From Mobula hypostoma (taxonomy: Eukaryota), in the NCBI RefSeq assembly GCF_963921235.1, contig NC_086097.1, positions 223,946,001 to 224,010,000 of the forward strand: a stretch of 64,000 nt of DNA. The letters run 5' to 3'. The notes under the pieces were generated by a model. It saw only the letters and a list, made by a program, of their open reading frames with translations, was not told where the DNA came from and did no database searches. The translations under genes were made by a program, and so were the position numbers. Of this stretch, positions 47,584 through 60,480 are shown piece by piece. Each line of letters opens with the position of its first letter. Within the stretch, counting starts at the first letter, position 1.

Positions 47584-49768
47584 TATAGCTATCCAATTTA
47601 ACTTTAAATGACAACATTGAACCTGCCTCAAACACTTCTGCTGGAATCTCGTTCCACACAGCTACCACTCTCTGAGTAAAGAAGTTCCCCCTCATGTTAC
47701 CCCCAAAATTTTACCCTTTAACTCTCAACTCATGTCCTCTTGTTTGAATCTCCCCTACTCTCAATGGAAAAAGCCTATCCATGTCAACTCTATCAATCCC
47801 TTCATAATTTGAAACACCTCTGTCAAGTCCCCCCTCAACATTCTATGCTCCAAAGAGTAAAGACCTAACTTGTTCAACCTTTCTCTGTAACTTAGGAGAT
47901 GAAACCTAGGCAACATTTTAGTAAATCTCCTCTGTACTCTCTCAATTTTATTGACATCTTTCCTATAAATCAGTGACCAGAACTGTACACAATACTCCAA
48001 ATTTGGCCTTACCAATGCCTTATACAATTTCAACATTACATCCCAACTCCTATACTCAATGCTCTGATTAATAAAAAGCCGACATACCAAAATCTTTCTT
48101 CACCACCCTATCCAAATGAGATTCCACCTTCAGGGAACTATGCACCATTATTCCTAGATCCCTCTGTTCTACTACATTCTTCAATGCCCTACCATTATAC
48201 CATGTATGTCCTATTTTGATTAGTCCTACCAAAATGTAGCACCTCACATTTATCAGCATTAAACTCCATCTGCCATCTTTCAGCCCACTCTTCTAAGTGG
48301 TCTAAATCTCTCTGCAAGCTTTGAAATCCTACTTCATTATCCACAACTCCACCTATCTTAGTATCATCTGCATACTTACTAATCCAATCTTACCACCCCA
48401 TCATCCGGATCACTAATATACATGACAAACAACATTGGACCCAGTACAGATCCCTGAGGCACACCACTAGACACCGTCCTCCAATCTGACACACAGTTAT
48501 CCACCACTACTCCCTGGCATCTCCCATCCAGCCACTGCTGAATCCATTTCACTACTTCGATATTAATACCTAACGATTGAACCTTCCTAACTAACCTTCT
48601 GTGTGGAACCTTGTCAAAGGCCTTACTGAAGTCCATAGAGACAACATCCACCACTTTACCCTCGTCAACTTTCCTAGTAACCTTATCAAAAAATTCGATA
48701 AGATTTGTCAAACATGACCTTCCACACACAAATCCATGTTGACTGTTTCTAATCAGACCCTGTCTATCCAGATAATTATATATACCATCTCTAAGAATAC
48801 TTTCCATCAATTTACCCACCATTGACGTCAAACTCACAGGCCGATAATTGCTAGGTTTACTCTTAGAACCCTTTTTAAACAATGGAACAACATGAGCAAT
48901 ACGCCAATCCTCCGGCACCATCCCTGTTTCTAATGACATTTGAAATATTTCTGTCAGAGCCCCTGCTATTTCCACACTAACTTCCCTCAAGGTCCTAGGG
49001 AATATCCTGTCAGGACCCAGAGACTTATCCACTTTTATATTCCTTAAAAGCGCCAGTACTTCCTCTTCTTTAATTATCATACTTTCTATAACTACCCTTC
49101 TTGTTTCCCTTACCTAACACAATTCAATATCCTTATCCTTAGTGAATACCGAAGAAAAGAAATTGTTCAGAATCTCCCCCATCTCTTTTGGCTCCGCACA
49201 TAGCCGTCCACTCTAATTCTCTAAGGGACCAATTTTATCCCTCACTATCCTTTTGCTATTAATATAACCGTAGAAACCCTTTGGATTTATTTTCACCTTA
49301 CTTGCCAAAGCAGCCTCATATCTTCTTTTAGCTTTTCTAATTTCTTTCTTAAGATTCTTTTTACATTCTTTATATTCCTTGAGCACTTCATTTACTCCAA
49401 ACTGCCTGTATTTATTGTAGATCCCTCTCTTTTCCCGAACCAAGTTTGCAATATCCCTTGAAAACCATGGCTCTCTCAAACTTTTAACCTTTCCTTTCAA
49501 CCTAATAGGAACAAAAAAGATCCTGTACCCTCAAAATTTCACCTTTAAATAACCTCCATTTCTCTATTACATCCTTCCCATAAAACAAATTGTCCGAATC
49601 CACTCCTTCTAAATCCTTTCGCATCTCCTCAAAGTTAGCCTTTCTCCAATCAAAAATCTCAACCCTGGGTCCAGTCCTATCCTTCTCCATAATTATATTG
49701 AAACTAATGGTATTAAACATCACTATTATTTTCTTTTTTTGTTATCTTTTGCACTACTTATTTAATTC

Positions 49769-49802
<34 letters not shown>

Positions 49803-49929
49803 CTTAATGTAATATATAGTTTTTTATTATTATGTATTGCTGCCATAAAATATCAAATTTCATGATATATATCAGAAATATTAAACCTAATTCTGATTCA
49901 CTAGTTTGGCTTATGGGATGGTAGGTTTA

Positions 49930-51960
49930 CCTTGAGATTGATAGGTAGATAAATGGATAGATAGATACTTTGTTGATCCCAAATGAAATTACCATGTCAC
50001 AGTAGCATTACAAATATTAGAAAAGTAAGAAAGAATAAAAAAAAAGTTACCTCGAACAGTAGGTTAACTCATTATGGAGCCTAATGGCCTAAGGTAAGAA
50101 TGCTCTCGTATAGCGCTCTTTGGAGCAGCACAGTTGTCTTAGTCTATGACTAAAACTGCTCCTCTGTTCAGCCAAGGTGGAATGCGGAGGGTGAGAAACA
50201 TTGTCCAGAATTGCCAAGATTTTCCAGAGGGTCCTTTGTTCTACCACAGCCTCCAGTGTGTCCAGTTTGACTCCTATAACAGAGCCAGCCTTTCTAATCA
50301 GTTTATTGAGCCTGTTGATGCCATCACCACAACACACCACCACATAGAAGATTGTACTGGTGACAACAGACTGGTAGAACATGTGAAGGAGAGGCCTGCA
50401 TATTCCAAAGGACCTCAGTCTCCTCAGGATGTGGAGGTGACTCTGGTCCTTCTTGTATACAGCCTCTGTGTTGGTGCTCCAGGTTCACCCCCAGGTACTT
50501 GTAGGTCCTCACCACATCCACGTCCTCACCATCAATAGTAATAGGGAACAGTGCAGATTTAGTCTTCCTAAAGTCCGTCACCATCTCCTTTGTCTTACTA
50601 ATGTTGAACTGAAGATGACTCAGCTCACCTCCAACCCCATTTGAGAAAAGTTCTCCACCAGGGCCCTGTATTCATCCTTCTGTCCTCCCTTTACACACCC
50701 AACTATTGCTGAGTCATCAGAGAATTTCTGCAGATGACTCAGTGTTGTATCTAAAGTCCGAGGTATACAGGGTTAACAGGAAAGGCTGATTTATACTTGT
50801 GCGTACGGGCTACGCCGTAGGCCTGATTTATACTTTTGCGTAGCCCTACACCATAGCGAGCATGCGTAGTTGTGTCTGCATCGCTCTGCAATTCACCACC
50901 AAAATGCTAGCTGGCGGTGGGGTTTCTATGCCACTGTGTTGAGTTTCTTCGTGAGAGACAGGGACGAGGAAATGCATTTTAAATATTTTCGGATGTCGGC
51001 AGGTAGATTTGACGACTTGGTTCATCGTCTCCAACCATTTATTTCGCATCAGTGTACAGACATGGCAGAGAACAGCAATCGGAAATGCGCATGAGGAAAT
51101 GAGATGCTACCGAGCGGACCACAGTTGTTGCGGTCCACATCGCCGCGACGCCTGAGTTACATTTTTGGGGAGGTGTACATCACCCTACGGCGTAGGGTTC
51201 ACAGTACCTATGGCGTACATTTGACACACAAGTATAAATCAGCCTGAAGGGAGCTGGTACAGCCCCCTGTGTGGCCCCAGAGTTGATAAAAGCCCTGTCT
51301 GACACTCAGCTCTGAGGCTGCCAGTTAAGTAGTCCATTATCCAGGATACAATGAAAGTGCCAACCTGCATTGAACAGAGATTTTCACTCAGCAATGACTG
51401 TATTGCATTAAAGGCACTTGAGAAATCCAAAAACATGATCCTCACAGTGCTGACCTGCTTATTCAAATGGGAGTGGGTTCTGTTCAGCAAGTAGATGACA
51501 GCATTGTTGACTCCAATGTGCTCCTGGTAAGCAAACAGCAGGGGATCAAGGGCTGTTCTGACCAGGGGTTGGAGGTAAGCCAGGATCAGCCTCTCTAGGG
51601 TCTTCAGGATGTGTGAGGTCAGGGCCACTGGACTTTTTGTTAGCCCTTCTTGGGTATTAGGACGATACATGATGTTTTCAACACAATCAGGACCCTTTCC
51701 AGGCTGAAAATCAGATTGATAATGCACTGGAGAACTCCAGAAAGCTGCTCAGCACACTCCCTCAGGACACCATCTGGTCCCAATGCTTTGCTGTCTCTGA
51801 GTTTCCCCAGAGCCCTTCTCACCTGCTCAGTAGTGAAGGTGAGCCCATGATGACTGACGAGTTGGTGGAAGGTGGGGGCTAGAGGAGGTGAAGATTGGAA
51901 CGATAGTATTTGGCATGTGGAGGTGTGAATGGTTGGTGCAGGCAAGGAGGGGATGTAGAC
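49930..51960 (-). mobile_element. Rex1/Babar LINE fragment split by a Harbinger element
   Basis: ORFs 51239-51727 (PVALTSH, DFSSAFN), 50324-50584 (YKYLGV) and 50089-50382. Confidence 0.85.
50783..51245 (+). mobile_element. PIF/Harbinger non-autonomous derivative
   Basis: TIR AGGCTGATTTATACTTGTG / CACAAGTATAAATCAGCCT with a 3-bp TSD GAA. The internal peptide [23 protein letters not shown] resembles a Harbinger transposase N-terminus. Confidence 0.85.
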
Positions 51961-52419
51961 AGTGGTAGCCGGTGTTGTTCATCTACATGAGAAGGCGAGG
52001 TCTCTTTTCTCCAGAGTAAAAGATAACGTCACTGAAATATAGAAGATTTCTTAGAGCGTTGGACGGGCTAGATGAAGGATAGGGAAGATATTTCCTCTGA
52101 ATAACGAATCTGGAACTTGGTCACCGACTCAAAAAGATAGCCATTGAATGAAATGAGGAGACATTTCTCCAGTCAGACAGCAGTGAACATTTGGAATTCT
52201 CTACACCAGAGGCCTGTGGAGGTTGAGTCACAGAGTTCATTCAAAATAGAGACTGAAAGACTTCTGGTTACTATATGAAGAGAGACAAACGTAGAGTAGG
52301 AAAATGGTGATTGAAGTAGGGGTTAGGCATGATCAAGTTGAATAATGGAGCAAGCATGAGGGAAAATAGTTGCTATTTCTTAATAGGCATGCTGAGAACG
52401 TTCTACGAGTCTGTGGTCT

Positions 52420-52900
52420 CATGTTTGCTGGGGCAGCAGGCTGAGGGTAGCAGACACCATCAGAATCAACAAACTCATTCGTAAGGCCAGTGATGTCGTG
52501 GAGATGGAACTGGTCTCTCTGACGGTGGTGTCTGAAAAGAGGATGCTGTCCAAGTTGCATGCCATCTTGGACAATGTCTCCCATCCACTACATAATGTAC
52601 TGACTGGGCACAGGAGTACATTCCGCCAGAGACTCATTCCACTGAGATGCAACACTGAGCGTCATAGGAAGTCATTTCTGCTTGTGGCCATCAAACTTTA
52701 CAACTCCTCCCTTGGAGGGTCAAACACCCTGAGCCAATAGGCTGGTCCTGGACTTATTTCCTGGCATTTACATATTACTATTTAATTATTTATGGTTTTA
52801 TATTGCTTTATTTATACTCTATTCTTGGTTGGTGCAACTGTAACGAAAATCAACTTCCCTCCAGATCAATAAAGTATGACTATGACTATGACTATGACTA
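52420..52900 (+). mobile_element. Rex1/Babar 3' end with (CTATGA)n tail
   Basis: ORF 52498-52740 reads LDNVSHPLH...C.TERHRKSFL..AIKLYN. Confidence 0.85.
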
Positions 52901-55408
52901 TTTCTGGCAATTGAGTTCCTTATTGTCCTTGCTTAATCGCTCCTGAACTGAGAAGAGAATTTAGAGTCAACTACATTTTGAGTCTGAAGTCACATGCATT
53001 CTTGAGAAGTGATGGTATCAGATTACTTTCTCTGAACGACAATAAAAACCATGAAGGTTTTTATAATAATCAAATAAATTCATATTCCTGAGACTAGTCT
53101 CTTTTATTTATCCGAGCTTTAATTAATCCTTGTATATGAATTCTCCAACTGTCATCATGGGACACAACTCATCCATCTCAATCATTGGTCCAGAAGTCTG
53201 TTTGCTGCTCTAGTAACCTGATCAGTAGGCTGCTGTAACCCCTAACTGGTTCATTTTGCTTCATAAGCAACAAGTGATATGTATTGGTAAATGTGCAATA
53301 TTTTCCAAGAACTAATAGCTGTTCTATCTTTAGCAGGTTAATTGCTCATTGTAAATCGACCCGTGATTAGGCTAGCGTTAAATTGGTGGGTTGTTGGGTG
53401 GTGTGGCTCGAAGGGCTGGAAGGGCCTTACTTCGTGCTGTATCTCAATCGATAAAAAATATATATAAATAAATATAATTATTTGGCCTTCAACAAACTGC
53501 AAGATTAGCTTCTGAGACATGCATGAGAAACAAAAGATCGCAAGAACAAATGTACATGAAGCAAAGCCATCAATTAAACAGGATATTTCAATGCTCTCAG
53601 ACAGTAATTTCAGTGCCCGGAACACTCAGTAACTCACGCTGTTCTGCATGCAAAATAACCTCAGCAGAGCTTTCCCTCCAAACTGCAAGTAAAAATACGA
53701 CGATTAATGAGCCAACGAGAACAAAGATAGACCTTTTTAATTCAGGTCCACTTTAACTTATGTAATGCTGTACCAATATAAGAAATCAGAGTTCTCCTTC
53801 TTCAACCTCTGGAATGAGGACTACATACTTTGACAGTGTTTTGTGGGTTCTGAGGTCAGTGAGGGGCAGGAGGCAGCAGATAGGTGGGTCGTTTGTGAGG
53901 CAGCATACCTGTACTACTGCCATTAAGAGTTCATCTATGCATTCCCATTGTATGGCCTTGAGGTTCTCAACACTTTCGCAAGTGCTTCTTCACATCTCAG
54001 TGGGGGATGCTGCATTTTTTCAAGGATGCTTACAGCTTACCCCTGAATCTTTCCCATACACAGCTTGACATACAGTGTTCGTTCGCTTACAATTCTACCA
54101 TAATACTCAGGAACCAGAGTGCACCGGAACGACTGAACCTGATGTTCGAATGACAATTTAGGTGCCGGGCTGAATTGGAAAGGTTGGGTTCAGGCCGAAT
54201 CGAGGCGGCAGGGTCCAGGCCCCAGGGTGTGTCGAAGCCACTGAACCCAATGTTTCGACAGCGATTTTTCCACTAAGGTTGGGTGGGACTATGAGGAGAG
54301 GTCATGGGTTAAGGGTGAAAGGTGAAGAGTTTGAGGGGCACCTTCCTTGCTTAGAGGGTCGTGGGAGTGTGGAACGAGCTGCCAGTGCAAGTGATGCATG
54401 CAAGCTCAATTTGGATAGTTAAGCGAATTTGGATAGGTATATGGATAGTAGGGGTATGGAGGGCTGTGGTCTGGGTGTACAGTATGTCATTGGGGGGTAG
54501 GCAGTTTAAATGATTTCAGCATAACTAGATGGCCCAAAAGGCCTGTTTCTGTGCTGCACTTCTTTATGACTCTATGATTTAGGTGCCAGGCCAGATTGAA
54601 AAGGTCAGGGTGTTGGGACCCAAGGCAGGGAAAGGGCCAGTTCAGCTTGCTGCTCCGCTCTGCGCTGAATTAAAGGACTCTCTTTGTGGACTTCAGTCCA
54701 AAACTCTATTTGCTTGGGTTTATTGTTTTCATGATTTGATTCTTTTCTCTTTGCATATCGAGTGTTTGATGGTCTTTTTTTTATATATAGGTCCTTTTGG
54801 GTTTCTTTGTTTTGTGGCTGCCTGTTAGGAGACGAATCTCAAGATTGTATAATGTATACATACTTTGATAATAAATGTACTTTGAAACCATATTTTGTTG
54901 CATAAAGTGATTTGATTCTTCAAAATAATGGTTCTGTTTTATTTAGTATTTCTTCTGCTCCGAGGCCAGTTGCTCTCATGCAGTATACAGCAGATGCAAA
55001 GGCGGCTGACTTGGATTTGCATTGTGGGGCTGGCAGAAAGCTCCCTAGCACTCTCTGATGTTCCAAGTAACTGGGGCATGAAATGCTGAAAAGGAAACTC
55101 AAGTGAGTCTTGTGAGGATAGGTGACCAGGGTGCTCTGAAGAGGGTAAATAGGAGACCATACATGTAGCATTCAAAGCTTGGGAGACTGCATTCTCTCTA
55201 GGGAGTACCAAAGGTTAACAGACTGATGGATAGTTCATAGAAGTGGCATCCAAACTTCAGGTAATTTACTGACAAACAATTAACACACAATACACAAGAT
55301 TTTTTTTTGTTTTTGTTTGAAAGATCATATCCTCTGTTGCAGAGCAGGTTTCAAATACTCCCATTTTCATCTCAAGATGACCTGGCCGCGGACACAAACA
55401 AGACAAAC

Positions 55409-55444
55409 AGTCCTGCCGAAGGGTCTCGGCCCGAAACATCAACT
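55409..55444 (+). ncRNA. Degenerate hammerhead motif in a short Penelope terminal fragment
   Basis: AGUC-CUGCCGA-AGGGUCUCGGCCC-GAAA-CAUC-AACU. Confidence 0.5.
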
Positions 55445-57801
55445 GTACTTTTTTCCCGTGGATGCTGCCTGGCCTGCTGAGTTCCTCCAACATTTTGTGT
55501 GTGTTGCCTGGCCACAGACACATCCAGTTCTACGTGAATCCTGGCTCTGAAACTATGGATTTCTAGTTTCTTGGCTTCTTTTGATCATAGTATGTGGACA
55601 ATTTGAGATATCTAAATTAAAATACACACAGGGAAAATCTTTGGAAGAATGCGAACCTTGGCTGCTGTGACTATGCCTACCACAAAATTCTAAGGGAGTA
55701 CTGGCTCTTCATTCAATTTGCATTCCAGGATATCAAGAATTCATTTTGCATGGGGCATCTCTGAGATCAGCTGCTGTCCCTGCTCTCATTCTCAGTTTTA
55801 AAGTAACTTAGATCAGAATATTGCTGCTGCATTTCAGAACACCAAAACTGTTTGACTGGACCTTCACCTTTAAAAGTCTCAACGCTAGTTTGTATTTCAT
55901 GGATCTTGGACCAAAGTATAGTCACTTGCAACTGATCTAACTTACTTTTCTTCTTTCTGTCCCACAAACGATTCCACCAATTTCGATCTTAAGTGTCATA
56001 GAAAGATCTCCACTAGCATATTTTATCTTCATACAAGATCTACGTGCCACAACAATCTCTGAACCTGGTCAAGAGATCATTGATGGGGATTGGACTGGAC
56101 ATTTAATTTTATCCCACCATAGGATCTCCAATTCTGGACTCCATTTTTTTTCTCCATGATACGTTTATTTCAATTAATCTATGCAACCAAGGCTATGGAG
56201 ATTGATTATTTCCCTGAAATAAAAGCAAAAGGCCCTGGAATTGCCAAGCAAACCAGGCAACATGTGTGGAAAGAGAAACAGCTTTTTACTTTATTTGGAG
56301 ATATAGCTCGGTAACAGGCCCTTCCGGCCCAACAAGCCCTTGTCGCCCAGTTACACCCATGTGACTAATTAACCTACTAACCCATCGGTACGTCTTTGGA
56401 ATGTGGGAGGAAACCGGAGCAGCCGGAGGAAACTCACATGGTACGAGCTCCTTATAGACAACAGCAATTGAACCTGAGTGGCTGCTGCTGCAATAGTTTT
56501 ACGCTGACCACTACGCTACATGGCTGCCCTTACGTTTCAGATTTAGCCTACGACTTCCTGACTAGCAAAGGTAGAACTCTGCATTTATTTGATTTCTCAT
56601 TTCTTGCCGTTAACAATGCTCCGAAATATTTATGTTAATGATATTCAAAAAGCAAAGCAACAGGAAAATACAGAGAAACATACTGTACATCTAGTAAATG
56701 AGCCTACTAGATTTCTGTCTCAGGCCTGATTTCCATGGCAACAAACGTTTTCTGCTAAATGAACGGATTTGCCACTTTGGTTGCACTTTAATTGTTTTAG
56801 ACATGGAAATTAACCAAATCAAAGAGAGTCTAAAGAATGAGTTCAGTCTTCGGCCAGCACAGCAGCATGGTCAGTCAGGGAATGCCAGACTAAAACATCT
56901 TTGCAATCTTTTGGCTTCCTGATGGTGCGAGTCACTTTTGACCTTCTGCAGGCTCTATTGTTGATGAAGCTCACTGAACCAGAGACACCCCACTGGGCAT
57001 GTGGATTACGGAAGAAGGGAAATTCTAGACATTGGAAATTTTCTGAATATGTCCTTATCCACTCTTTGAGCCATCTATAGCTCTGGGAATCTTAAGTTCC
57101 TACTTCTTGGTTCCAAGGTCAATATCTAGGGATCAGTTTTGCTGATGGAATTCCAAAGGAGTCAAGTGTCTCATCAAGTAATTTAAGCTTTGATGGCAGA
57201 ATTCGTTTACAGAATTACAGATCATATTTCAGATTCAGATTCTCCAGCAGTAAAAAAAACATTTTCCAACCAAGGACCTTCAGCTATTAACCGACACAAC
57301 ACCTAATCTGGCTGCAAAAAAAATGCAGCAGAGGCATCCAGCGTCTCAATTGATCTATACTCAGAACACTTGGAACAAACTTGAGCCAAGATGGATTGAA
57401 AACTACTTTGGAGCTTGTTCCCTGCACTGAGTCTAATTGACGGCTTATTACTGTTAAGGGTCGTACTGTCAATCCTAGCGTAATGAGGCATGAAAATGGT
57501 GCATGAGCTTCGAGTTTTATGCATTCTAATTTGTGCTCGGCTGAGATCAAATTCAAAAGCCTAATTATTATGTTCACATTTAGAAAAGGTAAGCAACACT
57601 GGCACAAACACGAAACAAAATAATATGTTAAAGTTCATCGTCTATCACCTCCTGTCATCAATTTTCGCAGCTTTCACCAAGTAGAGATGACATTAGCACT
57701 CCAAAATGGATGTTACTGAATATACCTCGTACTCTGGCTCCAGATCTGCACATCGGCATCTTCATTAGGAACTTCACATGGATAGTCTTGGTGTAATGAT
57801 A

Positions 57802-58738
57802 CACTCAGTGGCCACTTTATTAGGTACCTTCTGTACCTAATAAAGTGGCCACTGGTTGTACGTTTGTGCTTTTCTGTTGCTGTAGCCCATCTACTTCGAG
57901 GTCCATGTTGTGTGTTCAGGGATGTTCTTCTGTGCACCACTGTTGTAATGTGCAGTTACTTGAGTTACTTCACCTTCCTTTCGGCATGAACCAGTTTGCT
58001 GTTCTCCTTCGCCATCTCTCATTAACAAGAACTGCTGCTCACTAGATGGTTTTTAATCACGCCTTCTCAAGGGCAACTAGGGATGGGCAATAAATGCTGG
58101 CCTAGCTGGCGATGCCCACATCCCCTAAATGAATAAGTTAAAAAATAAAATTCTCTGGAAACTCTAGAATGTTGTGCATGAAAATCCCAGGGGATCAGCG
58201 GTTTCTGAGATACTCAAAAACCACTTCGTCTGGTATCAATAATCATTCCATGGTCAAAGTCACTTAGATCACATTTATCCCCCATTCTGATGTATGGTCT
58301 AAACAACAACTGAACCTCTTGACCATGTCTGCACGTGATTATGCATTGAGCTGCTGCTACATGATTGGCTGATTACATATTTGCATTGGCCAAGTGGTTA
58401 AGACGTCGGTCTAGTGTTCTGAAGGTCACTAGTTCGAGCCTCAGCTGAGGCAGCATGTTGTGTCCTTGAGCAAGGCACTTAACCAGACATTGCTTTGTGA
58501 CGACACCGGTGCCAAGCTGTACTGGCCCTATTGTCCTTCCCTTGGACAACATCGGTGCCATGGAGAGGGGAGACTTGCAGCATGGGCAACTGCCAGTCTT
58601 CCATACAACCTTGCCCAGGCCTGCGCCCTGGAAACCTTCCAAGGCGCAAATCCATGGTCTCACAACACGAACGGATGCCTATATATTTGCATTAATGAGC
58701 AGGTGTACAGGTGTACCTAATAAAGTGGTCATGGAGCG
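57802..58738. mobile_element. Tc1-like non-autonomous element
   Basis: TIR CACTCAGTGGCCACTTTATTAGGTAC follows a TA. A degenerate inverted copy lies at about 58710-58738, and an inner inverted copy at about 57833-57858. Confidence 0.75.
58388..58682 (+). mobile_element. tRNA-derived SINE with 11-bp TSD
   Basis: A box TGGCCAAGTGG and B box GTTCGAGCC. TSD atatttgcatt at 58377-58387 and 58683-58693. The 3' half is similar to the RTE-related elements at 5270 and 19915. Confidence 0.85.
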
Positions 58739-59649
58739 GAAGCCAGCAATATTTGGGGATATATCCTCGGCTTAATGGTGATGAGCTTAGAGCAGTCACA
58801 CCAATATTACTTGAAACAGCTTGCTACAACAACGCCTGCACTGTTTGGGGCAGCAACCTATCATGATTTGCCAAAAATTGTTTTTTTTTCTGCAGGGTGC
58901 ACTGTGTCATCCTCAACTTTAAGTTTTTTTTGTGGGTGGTGGTGGTAGTAGCTATTAGGAGCATTTAAGAAACTTTTAGGCACTTGGATGATAGGAAAAT
59001 AGAGCGCTGTGTAGGAGGGAAGGGTTAGATAAACCTTAGAGTAGGATAAATGATTGGCACAATATCATGGGCCAAGTGGCCTGTACTGTGCTGTGATAAT
59101 GTTTGATATGTTAATACTCCCCTCCCCACCCACCACGCACCATCCCTGTCCCTTTAACAACCTGTGGCCAAATCAGCTCCGTGGAGCACCAGGCACTCCT
59201 GTCCTTTCCTCTCAATAAAAAGCCCGTGCATTATCAGCAGCTCTATTTCAATAACCAAATTATTTGGAATAAATCCTGGCCACAAAATTGGCCAGACTTG
59301 TTCCAGGAATTAGGCAGTTTGGGTTTCTCTATTGCTCCCTTCTTGTAAAAGAAAAAGATAGCCCCAATATGCTTAATGTTTAGTAATACTTTGATGCTAG
59401 AAAATGCACACTAATGGGTGGTGCACAGCAAAGGATTGTTATCGAAGAATTCCATTCCGAAAAAGGACTTGGGTTTGTACATGACAGAAGAGGACCTTCA
59501 TGGTTATTGCACACAAATGCCTTTCTTCCACTTTCTCTTCTGTTATTGCATCAGGAAGGGTTTGACACCCCGATCAGTTTGTGGTAAGGAATTTTTCCTC
59601 TCTCCACGGAAACTACCTCAGGTATAGAACGCGGGTATAGAAGCGATTT

Positions 59650-60480
59650 CTTCACCTGCAGACCACAGTCAGTTCAGATTGGCAACATCATTTCCTTCAC
59701 AGTCACCATCAGCACAGGCGCACCACAAAGTCTATGTGTTTAGCCCCCTGCTCTACTCACTTTATACTTATGACAGTGTGGCTAAGCACAGCTCCAATGC
59801 CATATATGTTTGCTGATGACACCACTGTTGTCTGAATCAAAGGTGGTGATGAATCAGCATATAGGAGAGAGACTGAAAATCTGGCTGAGAAATGCCATAA
59901 CAACAACCTCTTACTCAATTTCAGCAAGACCAAGGAGGTGATTATTGACTTCAGGAGGAATAAACCAGAGGTCCATGAGCCAGTCCTCACTGGGGGATCA
60001 GAGGTGGCAAGGTTCAGCAACTGTTCAGAGTATCTGTCTTGGGTCCAGCATGTACAGTAAGTGCCATTACAAAGAAAGCATGGCAGCATCCCTACTTCCT
60101 TGGAAGTTTTGCGAAGATTTGGAATGACGTCTAAATCTTTGACAAGTTTCTATTTATGCGCGGTGGAGAGTATATTGAGTAGTTGCATCGTGGCTGGGTA
60201 TGAAAACACCAATGCCCTTGAACAGAAAAGCCTACAAAAAGTAATGGATACAGCCCATTTCATCATGGGTAAATCCCTCCCCACCACTGAGCACATCTGC
60301 ACGATGTGCAGTCGCAGGAAAGCAGCATCTATCATCAGAGGCCACCGCTATCCAGGCCACACTCTCTTCTTGCTGCTGTATTCAGGAAGGAGGTACAGGA
60401 GCCTCAGGACCAACACTACCAGGTTCAGGATTAGTCATTACCTCTCAGCTATTAGGGTCTTGAACCAGAAGGGTTAGCTA
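59650..60480 (+). mobile_element. Rex1/Babar LINE RT fragment
   Basis: Peptides [17 protein letters not shown] and KTKEVIIDFRR, plus ORF 60061-60477. Confidence 0.88.

Larger units (their letters stand above)
45345..49712 (-). mobile_element. CR1 LINE ORF2 (RT), split by Tigger copy 2
   Basis: RT ORF 48379-49080 (NYRPVSLTS, DFSKAFDKVPH, GVPQGSVLGP) plus ORFs 47761-48090 and 49213-49500. The 3'UTR is at 45345-45486. Confidence 0.92.

Noticed and set aside
48379..49080. Longest ORF (233 aa) as a host gene or active reverse transcriptase
   Set aside because: It is a fragment of a CR1 ORF2 with flanking frameshifts and stops and a Tigger insertion.
58388..58460. tRNA gene
   Set aside because: A and B boxes are present, but the sequence continues into a SINE body flanked by a TSD, and I see no proper acceptor stem.
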